From a virus (lineage: Duplodnaviria > Caudoviricetes): 61,019 nt of DNA. The number at the start of each line of letters is the position of its first letter. The first letter of the stretch is position 1. The notes under the pieces were generated by a model. That model was not told the origin of the DNA. It made no database searches and saw nothing but the letters and a program-made list of their open reading frames with translations. The stretch spans positions 1 to 61,019 of IMG/VR virus record IMGVR_UViG_3300020171_000029, one strand, 5' to 3'. This document shows positions 8,882-19,146 of the stretch, piece by piece. The translations under genes were made by a program, and so were the position numbers.

Positions 8882-9301
8882 TTAGGACATTTCATTTTTC
8901 TCCTCCACCTTCTTAATCAAATTCTCCAACAACCAAAGAAACTGGAAATCATCATCACAAAAAAGTATAGGAATCTTATGCTTCACAACAATGCTTGTCA
9001 TCTTTCCCAAAATGCAATTCTCGTGAATTTCAGATGTCCTATCCTTAATCCTTCCAACAACAATCAAAAAACATTCCTTGCCACAATTCTTCATCCTCTC
9101 AACTTGACTATCAATCCTCCCATTCAGAATACTCGAACAAAAATCATTTATTTCTTTTCTCTCAACAAGTATGTCCCTATAGACATAATCCCCAACTTTC
9201 AGTCTCTTCCTATCAAATTCAATTCCAACATCGTTTATATCTGCAATCAAATCCATTCTCGGTTCCCTATCATCAACTTCAACAATTATTTTCTCTTTCA
9301 T
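8882..9301 (-). CDS. ERCC4/XPF-family nuclease (possible resolvase)
   Basis: VDDRE, LKVGDY, VERK, DF..SI..GR...Q. Confidence 0.9.
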   Translation of the reverse strand: MKEKIIVEVDDREPRMDLIADINDVGIEFDRKRLKVGDYVYRDILVERKEINDFCSSILNGRIDSQVERMKNCGKECFLIVVGRIKDRTSEIHENCILGKMTSIVVKHKIPILFCDDDFQFLWLLENLIKKVEEKNEMS

Positions 9302-9441
9302 TTTGATGTCATTTTATTCTTCAGCAAATGTATCTGATAATGCTTTTTGAAAAGCAAGTTTTAATATCCATACCAATCCCAATGAAAATACACATGCTAA
9401 AACATAAAATACCATTCCAACATCTGAAATTTCTTTAGCCT

Positions 9442-9639
9442 TCATTTCTTCTTCCTCCTTTTTAATTTTTGAATCTTCTCTTCCTCACTCTTAACCCTAC
9501 ACATCTCCTCCAAAAACTCATCTCTATTCCAACCATCAACTCTTGTCTTCTCAATTAACATAACCCACTCTCTAATCAATTCCCTGTAATCTTCCGACTT
9601 ATAAATTGCCTTACAAATCGCATTATATCTCCGTTTCAT
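9442..9639 (-). CDS. Hypothetical protein
   Basis: 65 aa; ATGA-coupled. Confidence 0.5.
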   Translation of the reverse strand: MKRRYNAICKAIYKSEDYRELIREWVMLIEKTRVDGWNRDEFLEEMCRVKSEEEKIQKLKRRKKK

Positions 9640-9830
9640 TTTACTCCACCTCCTAAAATAAATTCACATTCTCTGCAAATCCACTCACCACAACTTCTAT
9701 CCAAATCATCAACATCAAACATCCCATTACAATTTATACACATCTCTTGCTCTTCAATCTTTTCATCTTCAAACTCTTCAATGTCTTTGTCATCCCGTTC
9801 TCTTTCATATAAATAATCTTCATCTATCAT
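9636..9830 (-). CDS. Small acidic Zn-finger protein
   Basis: CINC...CREC. Confidence 0.6.
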   Translation of the reverse strand: MIDEDYLYERERDDKDIEEFEDEKIEEQEMCINCNGMFDVDDLDRSCGEWICRECEFILGGGVK

Positions 9831-9984
9831 TTCTTTTCTCCTTTTGCTAATTGATTTATCATCTTTTCTAATTCAGGAACTCTTCTAACACTAACAACAC
9901 AATTGCTTATACTTTTTACTATACAATTAGTTCTACTACATTTTTCACATTCTTGAACATCATAATTACAAATTACTTCATCTA

Positions 9985-10167
9985 TCATTTTATCCTCCAA
10001 GTAAGAGAGTAAGAGGTTCTAACCTCTCTTACTTGATTTTTGTTATTCAAATAACTATTAGGAGAACAATAAAGTTCTCCTTTGAATTTATAATACAAGC
10101 CACCAATCTTACTATTCCAATATGCAAATAGTCTATAATCTTCTTGTTCTGTTTCTGGTATTTTCAT
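9985..10167 (-). CDS. Hypothetical protein
   Basis: 60 aa; GAGGAG upstream. Confidence 0.5.
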   Translation of the reverse strand: MKIPETEQEDYRLFAYWNSKIGGLYYKFKGELYCSPNSYLNNKNQVREVRTSYSLTWRIK

Positions 10168-10291
10168 TTTTCAATCTCCTCAGGATGTAATCTGAAATAT
10201 TCATCTTCAGTCATCCATCCTACTTTCTGGAATTTCTCCAATTCGCTTTCATCTATTCCTTCAATCACACATCCTACCGAATTATAAATTT

Positions 10292-10546
10292 TCATTCTTC
10301 ATCCTCCAACATATGACCAATAGTCATTCCTGCTAAGAAAAAATTCTCCATAAGATATTTCCTATCTATATTCAACTCTTTCAATTTTTTCATAGCTTCT
10401 TTTATCTCTGGTCTTTCTTTTAATTTTTCAAAATCCATCAATCCATCTTCTTTAGCAACTTCTTCTTGTGGAATTCTTCCAAGGTCAGTAAGTATCTTAC
10501 CAACTTCTTGTTTTTTTAATAGTTTCTGTCTTTCCCATACTTTCAT
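10292..10546 (-). CDS. Hypothetical protein
   Basis: 84 aa ORF on coding strand. Confidence 0.55.
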   Translation of the reverse strand: MKVWERQKLLKKQEVGKILTDLGRIPQEEVAKEDGLMDFEKLKERPEIKEAMKKLKELNIDRKYLMENFFLAGMTIGHMLEDEE

Positions 10547-10629
10547 CTTCTCTCATCTCCTCATTTAATTTCTGCAAATCACCTATGGTGATGCAATTTT
10601 CTTTTATGTACTCAATAGTTACTTCCATT

Positions 10630-11370
10630 TTATCTTCTCACCTTCTTTGCATAGTTACTTTGCGAAGTAACAAACTCTTTCGCTTTTTCCCAAAAGTTTT
10701 TTGCTTCTGCAATGGTCTTGAATTCTGCTCTGAATTCAAACTTACTTGCAATCTTATTTTCTGCATCAACACACATTTTTACTTCTGCACTTTCATTCCA
10801 ATCATCTTTTCCTTCCCATTTACAAGACATCTCTCTTCCTTTCCAAGGTTCGTCTTTTTCTCCATAGCTGTAATCTTTGTAAGTTACATCTACTTCAACT
10901 TCTTTCAAAAGTTTGTTTGCAGCAATTCTTCTCAATCCTTCTGCATTATTTGTTTTTGCTTTTTCTTCATTTTTTTCATTCATCCAAGTCTTCAATTCAT
11001 CTATTGTCATATATTCTATATTCATATTGTGATAGTTACTTCTATCACTATAGATGTTTATATTTGGTTCGGGTGCATCTTCATATCTATGAAGTCCTGC
11101 ATAAGCTTTTAATTCAAACTCAACAGCTGACATCTTTAAATCAATTCTGTTTGCTTCAAGATGTGCTCTTGCTTGTCTTAAAACTTCTTCTCTAATAGCT
11201 TTTTCACTACCTTCTTTTATTTTTTCAAAAGCTTTCCACTCTTTCTTTCTTCTGTCATAACCTTGTTCGTGGTCTGCATCTTTGTACTTTTTTGCTTGCT
11301 CAGTTATCAATTCATTGATAACTACAATTTCTTGTTTTTTTGTTTCCATTTTATAACAATGCCTCCACAT
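10630..11370 (-). CDS. Hypothetical early protein
   Basis: 246 aa charged ORF; probable start at METKKQ. Confidence 0.7.
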   Translation of the reverse strand: MWRHCYKMETKKQEIVVINELITEQAKKYKDADHEQGYDRRKKEWKAFEKIKEGSEKAIREEVLRQARAHLEANRIDLKMSAVEFELKAYAGLHRYEDAPEPNINIYSDRSNYHNMNIEYMTIDELKTWMNEKNEEKAKTNNAEGLRRIAANKLLKEVEVDVTYKDYSYGEKDEPWKGREMSCKWEGKDDWNESAEVKMCVDAENKIASKFEFRAEFKTIAEAKNFWEKAKEFVTSQSNYAKKVRR

Positions 11371-11650
11371 TATTTATCTGCATTCCAAGTTGTGTCATAT
11401 TCATTTTAGCAACCTTTTCTAATTTTGCTCTTACTTCTTCTAAAGTAAGTCCTTTTTCTACAAAAGTTCTTACTAAAGAAATTGTTTCTTCTTCACAACT
11501 TTCCCTTTTATTTTCTATATCTGTTCTGTTTTCCATTTTATTCATCTCCCTCAACCAAGAAAAAATCTCTTTCTCTTGCTTCATTTCCATATTCATATCC
11601 TTCCCACGTATATTGTTCCATTTTTTCCTCTTAGAGTGAACAATGTCCAC
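11351..11650 (-). CDS. Hypothetical protein
   Basis: 99 aa ORF in early cluster. Confidence 0.5.
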   Translation of the reverse strand: MDIVHSKRKKWNNIRGKDMNMEMKQEKEIFSWLREMNKMENRTDIENKRESCEEETISLVRTFVEKGLTLEEVRAKLEKVAKMNMTQLGMQINNVEALL

Positions 11651-11846
11651 TCAATTTTAATACCTCTTCTGGAGTAGCTCCAGATTTTTGAGCATTATCA
11701 TTTTGTTCTCGTAATTTTCTTTTATTACAAATATCATGCATACCAGAAGGATTTCTATCTAAATTACCCCAATTAGTTTTTCTTAACTTCTTTCCACAAT
11801 AACTACAAATATCCTTTGGATTTTGATTTTTCATTTCTATTTTCAT
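11631..11846 (-). CDS. Small Zn-binding protein
   Basis: CSYC...HDIC. Confidence 0.55.
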   Translation of the reverse strand: MKIEMKNQNPKDICSYCGKKLRKTNWGNLDRNPSGMHDICNKRKLREQNDNAQKSGATPEEVLKLSGHCSL

Positions 11847-11847
11847 T

Positions 11848-12051
11848 TTAATAAATTCTACTCAATTTTTTTACATATTTCTCAGTAATAATTACTTGAC
11901 AATTTTCACAACACCAAACTTTATATTTTCTATTAAATTTTACTAATCCTCCACACAATCCATTTTTAGAATAAGGATTATTACAAATATAACAATCTCT
12001 ATTATTTTTCTCATTTCTTTCATATTCTTTTAAATCTTGTTTATGTGTCAT
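11848..12051 (-). CDS. Small Zn-finger protein
   Basis: CYIC...CENC. Confidence 0.55.
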   Translation of the reverse strand: MTHKQDLKEYERNEKNNRDCYICNNPYSKNGLCGGLVKFNRKYKVWCCENCQVIITEKYVKKLSRIY

Positions 12052-12305
12052 TTTGTTTTCTTTTCCAATTTAATTGCCTCATTTAAAAGTTCTTGTGCCT
12101 TTAAATAAATTGCATGTGTATTTTCACAATATTTAAAAAAATCTTTATGTTTTTCACATACATTCAAACAAACTCTAACAAAAACATTTTTTCCACCAAT
12201 TTTCCTTGTAGAAATTATCTGTTTATTTTCTTTTATTCTACATACATCACATTCATTTTCCATTTTATTTAGTTCTCCTCCCAATTTCTTGAGCATTATC
12301 ATCAT
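12048..12305 (-). CDS. Small Zn-finger protein
   Basis: CDVC...CEKH; probable start at MENEC. Confidence 0.55.
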   Translation of the reverse strand: MMIMLKKLGGELNKMENECDVCRIKENKQIISTRKIGGKNVFVRVCLNVCEKHKDFFKYCENTHAIYLKAQELLNEAIKLEKKTK

Positions 12306-12546
12306 TCCAAATTAAATCCCTTACTTTTTTATAATTTTCCCAAATAAAAATTCTAATAGTATTATCATTCATATTAGCAAAATCAAATTCCACATCTCCA
12401 AATTTTTCTTTAGATTTTTCTACAATATCTTTTAAAAATTTAAATCTTTCTTCTTTACTTTTAAGATTTTCCCAATTCCAATCTCCTATTTTTATCCATT
12501 CTTTTCTTTCCATATCCCCCTCCTCCTTCCTATCTTGTTCTTTCAT
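12265..12546 (-). CDS. Hypothetical protein, first gene of leftward early unit
   Basis: 93 aa; TATA box about 22 nt upstream. Confidence 0.6.
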   Translation of the reverse strand: MKEQDRKEEGDMERKEWIKIGDWNWENLKSKEERFKFLKDIVEKSKEKFGDVEFDFANMNDNTIRIFIWENYKKVRDLIWNDDNAQEIGRRTK

Positions 12547-12580
12547 ATTATTATTAAATTAAATGAGTATATAAATGTTT
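12544..12580 (-). promoter_or_regulatory. Putative early leaderless promoter
   Basis: AAACATTTATATACTCATTTAATTTAATAATAATATG, near-identical to 16147-16184 on + strand. Confidence 0.65.
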
Positions 12581-12823
12581 ATATAATATATTAATATATA
12601 CTAAACTATATATATCTTTATAAAGGTATTTTTTAGCTATTTTTTGATTATTTTTCATTGTTTTTTGATTTATCCTATATTATATATATTTTTCTATATA
12701 CTTTTAATGAAATTTATTGATTAATATAAGATATATAGATAAAAAAAATAATAATATATTATATTTATAAATTTACTATATAATAAAATATTATAATATA
12801 TATCCTATATTCTTCCTCCCACT
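12581..12823. other. Extremely AT-rich non-coding region, candidate replication origin
   Basis: About 240 bp almost devoid of G/C with TATATA tracts, directly downstream of the SF3 helicase gene. Confidence 0.4.
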
Positions 12824-14152
12824 TTACAATCCAAATATTGGTAAAGGACTCTTTATCTTCACATTCCTAACACCAAATATATTATTTTTATTAGAATTAA
12901 ACTTTCCATAATTACAATAATTCCTGATATCTAATGAAAACTTTCTTGGTGTCTCAATTATACTAATATTATTCAATTTACAAAATTCTTCATAATTATA
13001 AAATAAATCAGAATTTGATGTCCAATAACCATTTTCATTAATTAAACACTCTATACAAAACTTTGCTACTGAACTTGCTTCACCTAACATAATCCTTCTA
13101 TTCTCTTCCCAATCTCTTCTATATGAAAAATAACCTTTTTCTAACAATCTATCCAAACCTTCTAATGCCCAATTAAGCAATCCAGACATTTCATTGTTAG
13201 TTATCAAACTATGAATAATATTAACATTTGTATTTTTATTATCTTTATCAAAAATATTATCAAAATCAAAAATCATCCATCTATTCCAATATGCTTGGTC
13301 GTCTACATCTGATTTTATTGCTGGAACTTTATTACAAGAAAAACTTAACTTAGCATAATTTTCAAAATCAAACCCATCACCAAATTTAGCTTCAGCCCTT
13401 ATAGAACTTCTACCTGTAACTTGTTTAAATGTTCCACTATCTGTAATATCCTTTTCAGATAAATCATCACAAATATTTGCATTCTTATTATAAAGTGGAA
13501 CAAGTTGCCATTTTCCTTGAGCTAATAATTGCAAACTTATACTACTACAATTTTCACTACCAACAAAATTTTTAAGTAAATTCATAAATGTTGTTTTTCC
13601 AGTATCTGGAACTCCACGAAATATAGATGCTTTCTTTATAAAATACTCTCTATAAAGTTGATATCCAAACCACTCTTGAACACACTCAATGTCTTCTGGA
13701 ATTAGTATATCATTTAAAAATGTAAAAACATTTTTACAATAAGCTTCAGGAATATATTCAATTAATAGTTTATTCATAAACATATACTTATCAGAATGTT
13801 CAAGTAATTTTTTTGTTTTTAAATCCAACACTCCATTTTTCAAACATATTAAATTCTTATCTCTACATCCCAATTTATTCCTATCAATTTTTGTTAATCT
13901 TTCAATCTTATTCTTAATTTCAGTAATAATATATGTTTTTGCTGCTTCTTCTAAAATATCTTCCGCTTCTTTTTCTATAATATCTTTTCCTTTTTCAATA
14001 AAAACACCATCTATATAAACATAAATTTCATTCATCTTTTTTCCTGAAATAGTTTTAAAAATATATTTCTTCATTAAATATTTTGCAATAAAATCATAAA
14101 TTTCAGAAGCAGGTCTTTTCATCAAAAACATTTGCTGAATTTTATCTTTCAT
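12824..14152 (-). CDS. D5/P4-type superfamily 3 replicative helicase (no primase domain)
   Basis: LICLKNGVLDL, QEWFGY, Walker A GVPDTGKTT, ANICDD, FKQVTG, FSCNKVP, WNRW, LNWALEG. Confidence 0.9.
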   Translation of the reverse strand: MKDKIQQMFLMKRPASEIYDFIAKYLMKKYIFKTISGKKMNEIYVYIDGVFIEKGKDIIEKEAEDILEEAAKTYIITEIKNKIERLTKIDRNKLGCRDKNLICLKNGVLDLKTKKLLEHSDKYMFMNKLLIEYIPEAYCKNVFTFLNDILIPEDIECVQEWFGYQLYREYFIKKASIFRGVPDTGKTTFMNLLKNFVGSENCSSISLQLLAQGKWQLVPLYNKNANICDDLSEKDITDSGTFKQVTGRSSIRAEAKFGDGFDFENYAKLSFSCNKVPAIKSDVDDQAYWNRWMIFDFDNIFDKDNKNTNVNIIHSLITNNEMSGLLNWALEGLDRLLEKGYFSYRRDWEENRRIMLGEASSVAKFCIECLINENGYWTSNSDLFYNYEEFCKLNNISIIETPRKFSLDIRNYCNYGKFNSNKNNIFGVRNVKIKSPLPIFGL

Positions 14153-14370
14153 CTTTCAATCATAGGTTCAATATTTACAATTTGTGAATATAAAACAGGA
14201 ATATATCCTAATTTGTCATCAATAAAACTAATTGTATCTTCATCATCACGATTTAAAATAAAGCCATTGTAAAATCTTCTATTATTTAGAGAAATATGAA
14301 TTTTTCTTTTTTTATTATCTTTCAATAAATTGTCTATAATTAAGGTTACTTCATTTCTTAACATAATCAT
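14149..14370 (-). CDS. Sm/LSm-like protein
   Basis: KIHISLNNRRFYNGFI...ISFID..G...VLYSQIVNI matches Sm1/Sm2 pattern. Confidence 0.55.
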   Translation of the reverse strand: MIMLRNEVTLIIDNLLKDNKKRKIHISLNNRRFYNGFILNRDDEDTISFIDDKLGYIPVLYSQIVNIEPMIER

Positions 14371-14384
14371 CTCCTTTAGAATTT

Positions 14385-14906
14385 TTAAATTAAAATTTCT
14401 TCAAAAGTTTTAATTCTTATTTTTTCTAAATCATTAATTGATATTAACCACCCAATTGTTATTTTTTCTTTTGTTGGAACTGTTGTTTCTCTCCATGGTG
14501 CTGGTCTTCCAGTTTTTGAACTATTTCTTATTTCTTTATTAACATATTCTCTGATATCTTTTAATTTATAAATATATATTTTTTTAGTTATTTGATTTCT
14601 TACAATAAAAATATCTACCTTTGATTCTGTCCCCCATCCCAATTTCCATTTTCCATCATAGTATAATCTTTCTCTTTCAAAAAATAAATTCTCTATCATT
14701 TTTTCATCACTTTTAGTTTCGATTTTAATTATTTTATCATCTTTTTTCATAAGAAAATCAACATCTAATATCCACCATATTTTTATTTTTCTAACATCTT
14801 CAAGTATCCAACCATCTTTTTCATAATTTTTTAATAATTTTTTAATAAATTCTTCATTTGTTTCTCCTTTTTTCATTAGCACCCCGTTATAATTTCCAAA
14901 AATCAT
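14385..14906 (-). CDS. PD-(D/E)xK nuclease-like protein
   Basis: DVDF...IETKSD...NLFFE...GW...SKVD; ATGA-coupled to methyltransferase. Confidence 0.65.
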   Translation of the reverse strand: MIFGNYNGVLMKKGETNEEFIKKLLKNYEKDGWILEDVRKIKIWWILDVDFLMKKDDKIIKIETKSDEKMIENLFFERERLYYDGKWKLGWGTESKVDIFIVRNQITKKIYIYKLKDIREYVNKEIRNSSKTGRPAPWRETTVPTKEKITIGWLISINDLEKIRIKTFEEILI

Positions 14907-16087
14907 ATTTCATTTCCCCAACTATCCCAATCTTTTCTTGTATTCCTTGCAAATAATTCTACATAATTACAATCGGGATACATTTTTTCAATTATTTTAT
15001 AAACACACTCTGGTTTTTTGCTATGTTTAAAATTTTCTCCTATGATTATACTTTCTGGTTTATATTCTGGTAATATAGAACCTTTTGTGCAAATTGTTAA
15101 TAATTCATGTTTCCCCATAATATAAAATCCAAGTGCTCCATATGTTGCTTTTTCTTTTGTCCAAACAAAATTAGTTTTATATTTAAATCCTAATCCATTA
15201 ATTAATTCAAATGATTCTTCAAGTAAAGGATTTGTCACCCACATAAATAATACACAATTTTTTTCTGCTAAATCTTTTATTCCTCTTCCATTTTCATCTT
15301 TAAATTCTAACATTTCTTTTATAGACATAGTATCATATTTTGTTTGTGCAGCTCCAGCAGTCCCTTCATTTTTATATTTCCAAGGTGGGTCTATATAAAT
15401 AACAGAATATTTTCGTTTTGGTAACGGATTAGATTTTTCTTCTTTTGCTGTTTCTTTTCTTTCTTTAATTTTAGATTCAACATTAATTTTATTATATGCT
15501 TGGTTTATAGAAATCTCACCGCTTCTTGCTTTTTCTTTAATTTCTTCATTTTCAGAATCAATAATTTTTTTAACTTTTGTTGCTTGTGGTTGGCTTAATT
15601 TTACTCTTTTAGCAACTTCTTTATGTGTATGATGCGGTTTAATAAATATTTTATTAATCCGCTTTTGTTCTGGAGAACCTCCAGAAAGTTGTTTATTTTT
15701 TTCTGCTTCTTTTTTATCATATTCTGCAAGTTTCCAAGAAAGTTCTAATTTTTGGAAATCTGTTAAATTTCTTCTTGCTAATTGATTTTTACCAATCCAA
15801 TTAATTACTTCATTCTCATTCTCAAACTTTTTAGAAATTGTTTTATAAGAAATCTTATGTTTTTGACAAATCTTAAATCTATTATGCCCATCAATTATAA
15901 AATCATTCCAAAGAACAAGAGCATCACGACAACCTTCATTTATAATAGAATCTTCTAATCCTTTAAATTCTTCATCAGTAAGTGGTGGTATTAAATTAGA
16001 AAAATTTTTATTTATTTGTATCATAATCATCTCCTTTGATAAATTATTATAAATTATTTTATTTATAAATAAATATATACTCAACAA
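14903..16087 (-). CDS. ParB-N fused MT-A70 family N6-adenine methyltransferase
   Basis: PPLTDEEF..L..SI..G, IIDGHNR, NQLARRNL; IYIDPPW, LFMWVT, HSKKP, ELFAR, WDSWGNE. Confidence 0.92.
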   Translation of the reverse strand: MLSIYLFINKIIYNNLSKEMIMIQINKNFSNLIPPLTDEEFKGLEDSIINEGCRDALVLWNDFIIDGHNRFKICQKHKISYKTISKKFENENEVINWIGKNQLARRNLTDFQKLELSWKLAEYDKKEAEKNKQLSGGSPEQKRINKIFIKPHHTHKEVAKRVKLSQPQATKVKKIIDSENEEIKEKARSGEISINQAYNKINVESKIKERKETAKEEKSNPLPKRKYSVIYIDPPWKYKNEGTAGAAQTKYDTMSIKEMLEFKDENGRGIKDLAEKNCVLFMWVTNPLLEESFELINGLGFKYKTNFVWTKEKATYGALGFYIMGKHELLTICTKGSILPEYKPESIIIGENFKHSKKPECVYKIIEKMYPDCNYVELFARNTRKDWDSWGNEI

Positions 16088-16146
16088 ATATATATACCTT
16101 CAATATATATATTAAAGTTTTAATTTTATTATATACTATATAATAT

Positions 16147-16181
16147 AAATATTTATATACTCATATAAATTAAATATTATT
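16147..16181 (+). promoter_or_regulatory. Putative early leaderless promoter
   Basis: AAATATTTATATACTCATATAAATT; TATA 22 nt before ATG 16182. Confidence 0.65.
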
Positions 16182-16394
16182 ATGGAAACAAAAATTAAAG
16201 TAGTAAAGGTTGGTGGTAGTAATTTTATTATTATTCCTTCTGAGTTTATCAAGGTTTTTAAGCTTCATAAATATATCTACAACATTGATGTTGCAAAAGA
16301 TGGCAAATCATTTAAATATATTAGAGTTGGCATTGATGAAGAAATGGAACAACCTGATGAAGAAGAAAAAATAGAAGATAAAACAAAATTATAA
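16182..16394 (+). CDS. AbrB/MazE/SpoVT-like DNA-binding protein
   Basis: KVVKVGGSNFIIIPSEF. Confidence 0.75.
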   Translation: METKIKVVKVGGSNFIIIPSEFIKVFKLHKYIYNIDVAKDGKSFKYIRVGIDEEMEQPDEEEKIEDKTKL

Positions 16395-16452
16395 AAAAAT
16401 TAATAAATAACTTTCAACCAAATATAATTGAAAGGAGGTTAAAAAAACAAAT

Positions 16453-17526
16453 ATGGACATAAATGAATACTTAAAAAAATGGAGTGAAAAACTTTCATTA
16501 TCTGTAGAAGAAATACAAAATGAATTCAATAAATTTGCTGATGAAGAAAAGAACATTCATCCTGACCTAAGTGAAGAAGAAAGAAACAAAAGAGCTCTTC
16601 AAAGATTAGCACTTATCTATAAAAAACAATTAAGAAGTCCAGCTATAGGATTTGAAGGAATAATTATTGGAATTGGTGACTGTATTGATATCGTGGCAAA
16701 GCAAAAAAGAGAAGCTATCGAACTTTATAAAACAGACCCACAAACTGCAATCAATGATGGAATTACAAATGAAGAAGGAGTTCCTCTTGATACAAGAAGA
16801 GAATGGGCAAATGGAAAAGCAAATAATTCATATGGAAAACCATTACCAGATAATAATTTCTTGAGAAATGTTTTTGGAATTGCAGTCAAGTCAAAAATAT
16901 CTGATGCAACTAATATACCAAAATTATTTACAATGACAATCAACGGGCAAAAAGCAACAGATGAAAACATTCCAACATTTAAACCGCTAAGATTTATGGC
17001 AATCGACAAGTCTCAGCAACCAAATACATATAAGCTTAATGCATCACAATTTACAAATTTCACTGTAGATGATAAAATGATATTACCAAATTTCAAGACA
17101 CTTATAAGTAGTTGCTGTGAAGTTGTAAAACTATCTGAGTTAGAATCTTATCATACTTTGAATAAAGAAGACTTTAATAGAATTGTAATTATTGAAGGTG
17201 ATGTATCAATGGTAAATCTTGAACCAACAATGACAGGAAGCAGAGTTATGTATGTTGAAGATGGTGAAGCACTTGAAGATTTAGATGCAAAAGGATTAAC
17301 TTGTTGGTTACCAGAAAGAATAAATGTTGACTTCGCAGAAGGTAGTAAAGTTTTAATTGCTGGTAGAACTGCTCAAGGCAAAAAGAAAGACGAATTAGGA
17401 AACATAACTGATGAACTTGGTGACATTACAATGAATGTATATGGGTTATATGCGTTACCGGAATACAAAATCAATTTGCCGAAATCAATTCAATCGATTA
17501 CAGAAGAAAGTTTAGATATCGAATAA
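16453..17526 (+). CDS. Putative ssDNA-binding protein (RPA-like OB folds)
   Basis: Helical N-terminus, beta-rich C-terminus (VIIEGDV...LTCW...FAEGSKVLIAGR), acidic tail; head of replication operon. Confidence 0.55.
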   Translation: MDINEYLKKWSEKLSLSVEEIQNEFNKFADEEKNIHPDLSEEERNKRALQRLALIYKKQLRSPAIGFEGIIIGIGDCIDIVAKQKREAIELYKTDPQTAINDGITNEEGVPLDTRREWANGKANNSYGKPLPDNNFLRNVFGIAVKSKISDATNIPKLFTMTINGQKATDENIPTFKPLRFMAIDKSQQPNTYKLNASQFTNFTVDDKMILPNFKTLISSCCEVVKLSELESYHTLNKEDFNRIVIIEGDVSMVNLEPTMTGSRVMYVEDGEALEDLDAKGLTCWLPERINVDFAEGSKVLIAGRTAQGKKKDELGNITDELGDITMNVYGLYALPEYKINLPKSIQSITEESLDIE

Positions 17527-17574
17527 TTATTATTTTACCCTGATGTTTGCAGGGTTCATAATCACAAAATCAAA

Positions 17575-17802
17575 ATGACAAAAAAAATGTTAGAATATAA
17601 ATTAATAGAGAAAGACATAGAAAAATTGAAAAAGAAAAGAATCAATATAATAGAAGGAAAAATACAACCTCAAGGAAAAGATTATATTTTATGGGATGAT
17701 TTAAATCAATTATTAACAATGAACAAATTAACAACAAACAAAAAAGAATCTATTTTGAAAAGTCTTTGGTATGAATTTCGTTATAGTAATGACATATATT
17801 AA
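17575..17802 (+). CDS. Hypothetical protein
   Basis: 75 aa. Confidence 0.5.
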   Translation: MTKKMLEYKLIEKDIEKLKKKRINIIEGKIQPQGKDYILWDDLNQLLTMNKLTTNKKESILKSLWYEFRYSNDIY

Positions 17803-18106
17803 AAAAATGACAAAGAAAAAAATAAAAAAAGAAATAGAAGTTTGGATAACCCATGATGAAGGAACATGGGATGATGAACAAGGTAAATATATTCCAACTG
17901 GAAAAATGGCAAGATTTGAAGACCTTATAAATTTTTTTAATGAAACTAAAAAAGTATCTTATGGTTGGGAAACAATAGAAGATAGCATAAAAAAAGGAAG
18001 TAAAGTTTATCTTGATATTAATTGTAGAATTGGAAACGAAGTAATCAGCAAGCGACTACCATTGATATTAGATATGTTTAGAAAAAAGAAAAGAGGTTTT
18101 TGGTAA
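17771..18106 (+). CDS. Hypothetical protein
   Basis: About 100 aa, probable start at MTKKK. Confidence 0.55.
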   Translation: MNFVIVMTYIKKMTKKKIKKEIEVWITHDEGTWDDEQGKYIPTGKMARFEDLINFFNETKKVSYGWETIEDSIKKGSKVYLDINCRIGNEVISKRLPLILDMFRKKKRGFW

Positions 18107-18107
18107 A

Positions 18108-18362
18108 ATGACAAAACTTAAAACTTTGAAGGATTTAAAAACAGATAGTGCAGATTTGTTTTGTGAAGCAGTAAGTTATGAAGAACTAAAAGCAGTAGCA
18201 ATTAAGTGGGTTAAGAAAGATATTAAAGATTGGAATAAAGGAGGATTATTTCAATCAGAAATTATAAAGAGATGGAAAGAAAGATTAAACATCACAGAAA
18301 AAGATTTAATGACCAATGATGAAATAAATGCTCAAGAAAATGGAGAAATAGGTAATAATTAA
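18108..18362 (+). CDS. Small paralog family A (LKTLKDL...AIKWVK...NITEKDL)
   Basis: Shares terminal motifs with ORFs at 20003, 20553, 45917. Confidence 0.7.
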   Translation: MTKLKTLKDLKTDSADLFCEAVSYEELKAVAIKWVKKDIKDWNKGGLFQSEIIKRWKERLNITEKDLMTNDEINAQENGEIGNN

Positions 18363-18363
18363 A

Positions 18364-19146
18364 ATGGCATGGGATAATTTAGCAGAAAAAACAGAAGTGA
18401 AAGAGCAAGAAAAACCAAAAACAAGTATCTTATTTAAAAATCTTTCAGAAGCCAAACAAGATAGAGGAATAAAAATACTTTCATATGGCAACTTCTCAAC
18501 AGGTAAAACGCATTTCGCATTATCATCAGATAAACCAGTTTATATAATTGATACAGAAAATGGTGCATCGCCTTTAGCAAATAAATTTCCAGATGCAAAA
18601 GTTATAAACATTTGTAATACTGATTTTGAATCTGTTGAAGAAAAAGATGAAGTAAAAAACTTTGAGAATTTTCAAGATACAATTAATTATCTTATGAGCA
18701 TTCCTGACAATGAAATTGGAACAATCATAATAGATAGTATATCAGATATTTGGACTTGGTGTCAAGGATATTGTAAAATTAAAATATTTAAATTAAATAT
18801 AGAAGACAGATTAAAACAAAGATTTGATTGGGGAATTATAAACAATATGTTCAAAAAACCAATAATGAAATTGATTAATAAAAATTGTAACGTAATTTTT
18901 ACAGCAAGAGAAAGTGATATTTATGATAACGCTTCTGGACCAAGTGGAAGAGTAAAAGCAGATTGTCAAAAAAGAGTTCCATTTTATGTTGATGTAGTGT
19001 TGAGACATGAATTAAAATTTATAAATAAGCAATTTCAATTTCAAGTAAAAATAGAAAAATGTCGTGAAAATGGAAAAATAATTGGAAAAACAATAGTAGA
19101 TTTAAATTTAGAAAAATTAAAAAACTTAATAAAAGAAAATGAATAA
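18364..19146 (+). CDS. Sak4/AAA_24-like P-loop ATPase (recombinase)
   Basis: YGNFSTGKT, IIDTENG, IIIDSISD, VIFTARE. Confidence 0.8.
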   Translation: MAWDNLAEKTEVKEQEKPKTSILFKNLSEAKQDRGIKILSYGNFSTGKTHFALSSDKPVYIIDTENGASPLANKFPDAKVINICNTDFESVEEKDEVKNFENFQDTINYLMSIPDNEIGTIIIDSISDIWTWCQGYCKIKIFKLNIEDRLKQRFDWGIINNMFKKPIMKLINKNCNVIFTARESDIYDNASGPSGRVKADCQKRVPFYVDVVLRHELKFINKQFQFQVKIEKCRENGKIIGKTIVDLNLEKLKNLIKENE